From Thecamonas trahens ATCC 50062 (Eukaryota; Protista; Apusomonadida), in NCBI RefSeq assembly GCF_000142905.1, contig NW_013657573.1, positions 1-5,654 of the forward strand: DNA of 5,654 nucleotides, given 5' to 3'. The notes under the pieces are model-generated. The model saw nothing but the letters and a program-made list of their open reading frames with translations. It was not told the origin of the DNA and searched no databases. Positions 1 through 5,577 of this stretch are shown piece by piece. Numbering within the stretch: position 1 is the first letter of the stretch; every line of letters starts with the position of its first letter. The position numbers and the translations under genes are program-made.

Positions 1-224
1 TGGTGGAGGTCGTTGCGTCAAGTGTGCGCGGAGAGGAGAGGGGAAAGGGAGAGCAAGGGAAGGAGGCACCTGCCGGTGGTGGCTTGCGGCCCGGCCCTTG
101 CGGGTTTGGCAGGCAAAGAGAGGCCGGGTTTCTCGGGCAGACACAACCACGAGTAGCCGATAGGTACGGCCACGAGTCGACGGTGAAGGCGCTGCTACCA
201 CGTATCGATACGGTTGTTTGGTTT

Positions 225-2208
225 TTAGTTCATGCGCGAGATGAGCTTGGAGATCTGGTTCTCGCGGTTACCGGCATCACCACCCTCGATGTAGTGGAGG
301 ACCTTGGTGCTGAAGCCGCCCTTCGGCGACGAGAGCTTGAACGGCCACAGGAAGTTGTTGACCTGCTTGAAGTTGGGGCCGACGGTGTAGATCTCGTGAA
401 CAATGTCCTCAATGCAAATGACGTTGTACTTGCCGAGCTGCTCCTCGATGAGCTCGTTCGACGAGAGCTGGATGCGCTGGCCGTTGATCTTACCGTAACC
501 GCGCTTGTAGATAAGCTCGCGGACGTTCTTGAGCGACGGGTAACCGTAGGCGACGTACGGGGTGACAAGGCGCAGCATCTGCTCCGAGGCGCGGTTGAGC
601 TTGACAAACACACCGTTGTGGATCTGGCGGAGGCGCAGGAGCTGGAGGACCTTCTTGGTCTTCGGGTCGACGCCCTGGGTACCGCGGATGCGGATGACAA
701 AGGCGAGCTTGGCCTCGGGCTCGACAAAGTAGTTGCCGGCGGACTTGGCGACACGGCGGAGGGCAATGAGCGAGCGCTCGCGCGAGCGGTACTCCTTCAC
801 GTACTTCTCGGCACGCTTGAAGGCCTCGGCGTGGCGCTTCTTGTTGGCGACCTTGCGCTCGGCAACAGCCTTGGCCTTGGCGGCGCGCTGCTCCTTGGAG
901 ATGCGGCGCTGCTTGAGGACAGCCTCCGGAATCGAAGCACTGTGTAGACAAGAGGTCCAGGCGGTAACAAGGGCGGGGCAAGAGGGGGAAAGGTGAGTCT
1001 CGGCGGAACGCGGTCGTCCTGCAAAGCCCACTCTCCGTGCACAGCCGCGCACTTCCTTCCAACGGTCTTCGGGTTGCATTCGACGGCTTGAGCCCGAAGC
1101 AATAAACATATTTCATCAGAGTTGGCAAAGCGAGAAAAAAGCCCAACTGCGGCATCAGCACCACACCCTGCTTTGCTCTCGTATTTCCAACAAGGGCCAA
1201 GCAAAGGGCAAGGGCTGATCCAGCAAGTCCGACATTGTCCGCCATCAGCCAACAAAGACATACTCTTGCAAGATGCACAGAAGCAACGCAAATTAAAGTT
1301 ATCACATCCCTCTGCTGCCTCGACAAGCTGGCTACCAGCTGCACCAATCCTAGGAAGATCCCAGGCCAAGGCCAGCCCAGCACGAGCTTGTACGAGCACA
1401 ACAGCAAAATGGATGGCCACAGATTTCAAGACAAAGACAAGCACTTCCACCTCGACGGCGCCATGTACACAGTTGCTCGAACCATCATAGTCCCTTTCTC
1501 TCGATCGGCAGCATGACAGTGCCAACCATAGAGAGATAGAGATAGAGATAGAGAGGGCCGGGATCCATACACACAGCGCATACCATTCGGTGGAGACTAC
1601 GTCTTACAGTCTCATCCTCCGACACATCGGGGCGGACCTGGACGAGCCAGGTGCCCCGCAAGATGCCGACATAGTTGCATGGTCACATCGAGCACGAGAC
1701 TATGACAAGTAGCAAAGCACGGGTGCTTGCTGTTGTCGCTGTCCGTGCTCGGTCAAAAAGTTCCGGGACGACAGGGGGGGGGAGGCACACGGGCACAAGG
1801 GAGGAGGGGGAGGGGGGGAGCAAAATAATGGGCCATCCCATCCGGTGGCTGGAGGTGGGCCAGACATGCCAGGGACAGCCATGGGCCACCTCTACAGCCT
1901 ACGGAAAGGTTGGTGATCGGAGCGAGCGTGCGTAGCAGCTGCGCCGTAGAGAGCACAGGCGCTTGGGTGTACGGATGTGCGGGAGCCAGCAGCAGTATAT
2001 CGAGGACAACGCTGCGGGTCCCCCCTCACACAAAAACCAGCCATCATCGCCACACAGCGGGAGGACAAGCAAGGCACAAACGGGGAGGATACAACAACCA
2101 AGCCATCCACAACCACCTAGGTATGTTCCGGATGTACTGTGGATGCGCTGCTGTCAACGGCAGCGTTCTCTCTCTTCATCATGGCGGTACGTACCCCTTG
2201 GACGACAT
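225..2208 (-). CDS. RPL7: 60S ribosomal protein L7 (uL30), spliced: exon 1 2208..2195 (14 nt) + exon 2 939..225; 242 aa, MSSKG|[12 protein letters not shown]...ISKLISRMN
   Basis: Exon 2 translation has the eukaryotic L7 motifs [85 protein letters not shown] and GDAGNRE. Stop TAA at 227..225. Acceptor CAG at 942..940 needs a phase-2 upstream exon; acaacATG TCG TCC AAG GG|GTACGT at 2208..2189 supplies it. Identity is near certain; the exon 1 choice is inferred (about 0.85). Confidence 0.96.
1528..1555. repeat. Short (AGAGAT)n microsatellite inside the RPL7 intron
   Basis: atagagagatagagatagagatagagag read directly. Confidence 0.85.
1582..1751. other. Cluster of three adjacent stem-loops in the RPL7 intron; candidate structured RNA element, family unassigned
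   Basis: Inverted repeats gagact/agtctc (1593-1613); cggggc+acctgg/ccaggt+gccccg (1628-1658); cgagcacg-gac-gacaa-agcaa-gca with complements (1689-1751). Confidence 0.5.
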
Positions 2209-2210
2209 GT

Positions 2211-2232
2211 TGTGTGTGTGTGTGTGAGTGTG
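2211..2232 (-). repeat. (CA)n tract immediately upstream of the RPL7 start codon, in the probable 5'UTR
   Basis: Plus strand tgtgtgtgtgtgtgtgagtgtg; the minus strand reads ...cacacacacaacATG. Confidence 0.85.
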
Positions 2233-2529
2233 AAGTGGTGCCGGTCAATTGGGGCAAAGCGGGAATCGTTCGTTGGCGAGATTGAGACTGCCGAAAAAGT
2301 GAAAAACATCCAAATCCAGCTCGCGCGAATCACCGCCTTCACAAACCACCCAAACTCGTTGAGCTCGGCGGTATACACGGCAGCGACCACCGATGAGAGG
2401 GAAACAAAGCACTACACGAGGTACATGTCCAGACACATCATATTCTGGTCTTCCTACCACCTGCAAAAACATCTGATCACTCTCCGTAGGGCCGATCGAG
2501 TCCGCCCCCTCCTCCCTCTCTGCTCCCCA

Positions 2530-2628
2530 GTACGTGACAATGATTCAATCCTGTGATGATCAGGTTGAAGTCAAAGTGGGTTGGCCAAGTCAGCTTGCGA
2601 CTCACCGACTCTTCCACCTGTCGACCAG
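2530..2628 (+). other. Probable 5'UTR intron of the dynein intermediate chain gene, 99 nt
   Basis: Donor GTACGT 2530-2535, branch ACTCAC 2600-2605, first AG is CAG 2626-2628, followed by caagccATG. Same signals as the coding-region introns in this window. Confidence 0.7.
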
Positions 2629-2634
2629 CAAGCC

Positions 2635-4798
2635 ATGAGCAGCGACGCGTCTGCTGAGGAGCGGCGGAGGGTACGCAGAGGGACACGGAAGAGGGGATGG
2701 TTCAGACTGCTAGGGGAGGAGGGGAGGGGGAGGGAAGGAGAGGAGGAGGGAGTTGTGCCAGGTTTGCGAGTTGGGCATGGGGAGGTACAATGGGTGGGGC
2801 GGGACGGGAGCAAAGGAGCATGCGGCGCCAAAAACTGCGGGGGGTTGGGAAGGCAAGCGGTGGATGGAGGAGGTGGCGAGGGCTGGCACTCATGAAAGAG
2901 AGCTGCGTATGTTGAGCCGGCTGGTGTAGCTGCTAGCGGAGAAGCGGGAGCAGCTGCGGAGGCTGCAGGAGGAACACAAGACTCGGCGGGAGGAGCTGGC
3001 GAGAAAGGCCGATGCAGTGGCCGGACGGACGCCCGTGGCTACTGCTGATGCTGCAAGCGGGACAGATGGTGGCGAGGCGAAGGATGCTGGCGCTGCGTCG
3101 CAAGAGAAAGGGAGAAAGGGCTCGCGGAAGGCAAGGGCGGGGCGAGGAGGCAAGGGCGAGGCCAGGGGCGACGGAGCCAAGACCAAGGGCAAGGGCAAGG
3201 CCGGGACCGGTAAGGCGGTAGCGTCCAAGGCGGAGCCTGTGACCGTGGACGAGCTTGTGCTGTCAGCGGTGGGTGACGTGGATCCGAGCGGCAAGTCGCG
3301 GCGGAGGCGCAAGGTCGAGCTCTCGATGGAGGTGGTGGCCAAGGTGGAGGCCGATGTGGCGCCCGACGTGCGGGAGCAGTACTCGCGGGAGATCCAGACC
3401 GAGACTACGCTGGCAGACCTGGTCCAGCAGGAAGCGGCGGCGGAGCGGCTGACCGAGCTCGAGGCCGCGGTAGCCGACGCCGAGGCCGAGGCGGCGGCGG
3501 CGGCGGCCGAGGCCGAGGCCGCCGACGCGGCGTCGAAGCGGACCATCTCGCTGCAAGAGCGCAAGGCGGTGCTCGAGTCTGAGAACTTTCTCTCGTTCTT
3601 CACCAAGGCGTCATCGTGGATGAACCGCGCGCTCAACGAAGAGTACGACATCATGGTGGACTACACGATGGACTACGCACGCGACGGCGGCGGCATGTCG
3701 CTGGCCGACTCGCTGACGCACAGGGCCGTGTTTGCCTCGGACCGGTGGAGCCGGCACCGGTCGGTGACCTCGCTCGACTGGTCGCCGCAGTTCCCGGAGC
3801 TCTTTCTGGGAGCGCTCAACTCAAACGAGATGGATCCGCTGGAGCCCGGCGGAGGCGTGCTGGTCTGGTCGGAGCGGACCGAGGAGGCGCCCGAGCTTGT
3901 GCTGCTGTGCGAGTCGCCTGTGACGGCCGCCCAGTTCTCGCCGTTCAACCCGCAGCTGGTGGTGGCCGGCACGTACTCGGGCCAGGTGGTGATCTGGGAC
4001 ATGCGAGTGCAGAAGCGGACGCCTGTCCTACGGACTCCGCTCTCGTCGCAGGGCCACACGCACCCGATCTACGCGGCGCGGGTTGTTGGCACGCCCAATG
4101 CCCACAACCTCATCTCGATCTCGACCGATGGCCGGCTCTGCTCGTGGACGCTGGACATGCTCGCAGCGCCGCAGGAGGTCCTCGAGCTGACCAACAAGCA
4201 GCTGAAGAAGCCCGTGGCTGTCACGGCGCTCGACTTTGCGGCCAAGGAGGCGAACGCGTTTGTGGCCGGGGCCGAGGACGGCTCAGTCTACGCCGGCTTC
4301 CGACATGGGGCCAAGCAAGGCCTCGACGACGCCCGCGCTGGGCACTTTGGCATGGTCACGGCGCTGGACGTCCACCCGCCTGGCGGCTCGACAGACTTTT
4401 CCGAGCTCTTCCTCTCCTCGTCCATGGACTGGTCCGCCAAACTCTGGTCCATCGGCTCGCCCGAGCCCATTTACTCGTTCGAGGACGCCCATGACTACAT
4501 CTACGACGTCCAGTGGTCGCCTGCACACCCAGCGCTCTTTGCCACCGGCGACGGTGGCGGCTTCCTCGACATCTGGAACCTCAACGCAAACTCAGAGGTT
4601 CCGCTGGTCAAGGCCCAGCTCCCCACCCCGGGTGCCTCCATCTCGCAGCTCCGCTGGTCCGCCGACGGCACCCGCATCATCGCCGGCGACTCGCTCGGCT
4701 CGGTCCATCTCTTTGACGTTGGCAAGGAGATCGCAGAGCCGGCCGCCGACGAGTGGTCGCGCTTCGAGCACACCCTCTCCCAGCTCCGCCGCGTTTAG
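2635..4798 (+). CDS. DYNC1I: Cytoplasmic dynein-1 intermediate chain (WD40), spliced: 2635..2670 + 2930..4798; 634 aa, MSSDASAEERRR|LLAEKREQLRRLQEE...
   Basis: Charged N-terminal helix (the p150Glued/NudE-binding region in characterised dynein-1 ICs); light-chain segment KVELSMEVVAKVEADVAP...YSREIQTET (LC8-type xQT motif, 3380-3406); Roadblock/LC7-type helices SLQERKAVLESENFLSFFTKASSWMNRALNEEYDIMVDY; WD40 repeats starting DRWSRHRSVTSLDWSPQFPELF, with GTYSGQVVIWD, RTPLSSQGHTHPIY, NAHNLISISTDGRLCSWTLDML, LFLSSSMDWSAKLWS and DYIYDVQWSPAHPALFA. Stop TAG 4796-4798. Confidence 0.95.
2671..2929 (+). other. Dynein IC coding intron, 259 nt, phase 0, G-rich
   Basis: Donor GTACGC 2671-2676; branch ACTCAT 2888-2893; first YAG is TAG 2927-2929. 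Position 2930 is in frame with the 3017..4798 ORF, and that TAG is the in-frame stop bounding the ORF upstream. Confidence 0.88.
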
Positions 4799-4965
4799 CC
4801 GCAGCCATCCCCGTCGGAGCGAGTTCGCTCCACTTTCATGTAAAAGCCATCCGTGCCGATGAACCAAGTGACGCGCTCGGCCCGGCCTGAACCGGGTAAC
4901 TCTGGGCAGCGGCACCCAGCTCACCTCCCACTGCCACCCGTCTCACGAAGCTTGGAGAGTCGATC

Positions 4966-5577
4966 ATGAACAATCCGAACACTGTTGCACTTGGTACGTG
5001 TACAGCGATCCATCACCATGACTTGCCCCTCCTCCCTTCCCCCCCCCCTCTCACGACCCGCCGCAGTGAGCGACTCGTAGCCTGCGCTGCATGCCGATGC
5101 CCTCCACCCGCTGGCCGCTCTGCCGTAACATCGATCTTTCCCCCTCACCACTCACATCCTCAACATAATATACATGATGTACAGGATGGTACGGATGAGT
5201 ATAGCTGTTGCGATGAGCGAGTTGCGTGGGGCATGAGAGAGTGGGGATGGCGGGGGCCAGTGAGAGGGCCGAGGCGGAGTGACTGAAAAGACTCATGGCG
5301 CGGACGCGATGGCTTGGTATGGCTGGTCATGGCTCCGGGGGGGGAGAGAGATAGGGCTGCATGTGCGGCTGGCGTGGGCATTGCCTTTCTCATCGCCCGG
5401 CGGGGTATCAAAGAACGTGAGGCGCAGCACTTTGACTCGTGGGATCGGACCATGACCGAGCGCGAAGAGCGGCATCGGCGGGAGGTGGCGGCATACGAGG
5501 CAAGAAAAGCCCAGTCTGCAAGCCAGACTCCCTCCAGCCAGCAGGGAGCAGCTGCAGGGACATCATCGTCATCGTAG
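4966..5577 (+). CDS. Small single-pass-like protein, DUF4748-like, spliced: 4966..4993 + 5185..5188 + 5355..5577; 84 aa MNNPNTVALGWAACAAGVGIAFLIARRGIKEREAQHFDSWDRTMTEREERHRREVAAYEARKAQSASQTPSSQQGAAAGTSSSS
   Basis: 28+4+223=255 nt, 85 codons ending in TAG. All four splice sites and both branch sites match the window consensus. Hydrophobic segment VALGWAACAAGVGIAFLIA is followed by basic residues and a charged helix. The MN..V..GW....G...F..A++.I pattern resembles DUF4748 from memory; not verified by HMM. Confidence 0.75.
4994..5184 (+). other. Intron 1 of the small gene, 191 nt, phase 1, C-rich
   Basis: GTACGT 4994-4999; ACTCAC 5150-5155; first AG is CAG 5182-5184. Confidence 0.78.
5185..5188 (+). 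other. 4-nt coding microexon GATG
   Basis: tgtacag|GATG|gtacgg; completes the codons G-GA (Gly) and TG-G (Trp). Confidence 0.75.
5189..5354 (+). other. Intron 2 of the small gene, 166 nt, phase 2, G-rich
   Basis: GTACGG 5189-5194; ACTCAT 5291-5296; first YAG is TAG 5352-5354. Confidence 0.75.

Larger units (their letters stand above)
940..2194 (-). other. RPL7 intron 1, spliceosomal GT-AG, 1255 nt, phase 2
   Basis: Donor GTACGT 2194..2189; branch-like ACTCAC 998..993; pyrimidine tract about 992..945; first AG after the branch is CAG 942..940. Confidence 0.85.
2209..2634. promoter_or_regulatory. Divergent (head-to-head) region of RPL7 and dynein intermediate chain: both 5'UTRs and promoter(s) in 426 bp
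   Basis: Inferred start codons at 2208 (-) and 2635 (+) point away from each other. No specific core promoter element is called. Confidence 0.7.

Noticed and set aside
1-130. Purine-rich start of the window as an intron or 5' region of a neighbouring gene
   Set aside because: Truncated by the window edge; no complete splice-site set or coding evidence.
3-947. 314-aa plus-strand ORF
   Set aside because: Antisense shadow of RPL7 in codon register; strong GC3 codon bias removes stops on the opposite strand. No recognisable domain.
940-1109. N-terminal extension MFIASG...SCLHS of the 225..1109 ORF
   Set aside because: Not L7-like; it runs through the pyrimidine tract, branch site and acceptor, so it is intron read-through.
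1113-1119. CTGATGA as a hammerhead ribozyme core
   Set aside because: No stem II followed by GAAA and no compatible stem I/III arrangement.
1477-1486. 10-nt match (TCGAACCATC) to a conserved LSU rRNA segment as a snoRNA guide
   Set aside because: The putative guide overlaps the box-C-like ATGATGG and has no adjacent box D/D'; chance level.
230-1525. Alternative-frame and intronic ORFs (230..766, 490..1407, 797..1525, 1122..1490 and others)
   Set aside because: They overlap RPL7 or its intron, have low-complexity or shadow-like composition, and are expected in GC-rich DNA.
1445-1615. Alternative RPL7 first exons (ATG at 1464 with GTGGAA/GTCGAG donors; ATG AGA CT|GTAAGA at 1615; ATG|GTATGC at 1586)
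   Set aside because: Weaker donor or start context, or wrong phase (1586), compared with acaacATG...GG|GTACGT at 2208. Not formally excluded without transcripts.
3210-3266. In-frame 57-nt GTAAGG...CAG candidate intron in the dynein CDS
   Set aside because: No ACTCAY branch, donor differs from the local consensus, contains no stop, and removal would delete the probable H2 helix (VDELVLS).
3470-3530. GCG/GAGGCC repeats
   Set aside because: Simply encode an Ala/Glu low-complexity linker of the dynein IC; not an independent repeat element.
2890-4862. ORFs overlapping the dynein gene (2890..3654 -, 3616..4494 +, 4236..4862 + and others)
   Set aside because: Antisense or frame-shifted shadows of a GC-rich CDS, with Ser/Arg-rich translations lacking any domain.
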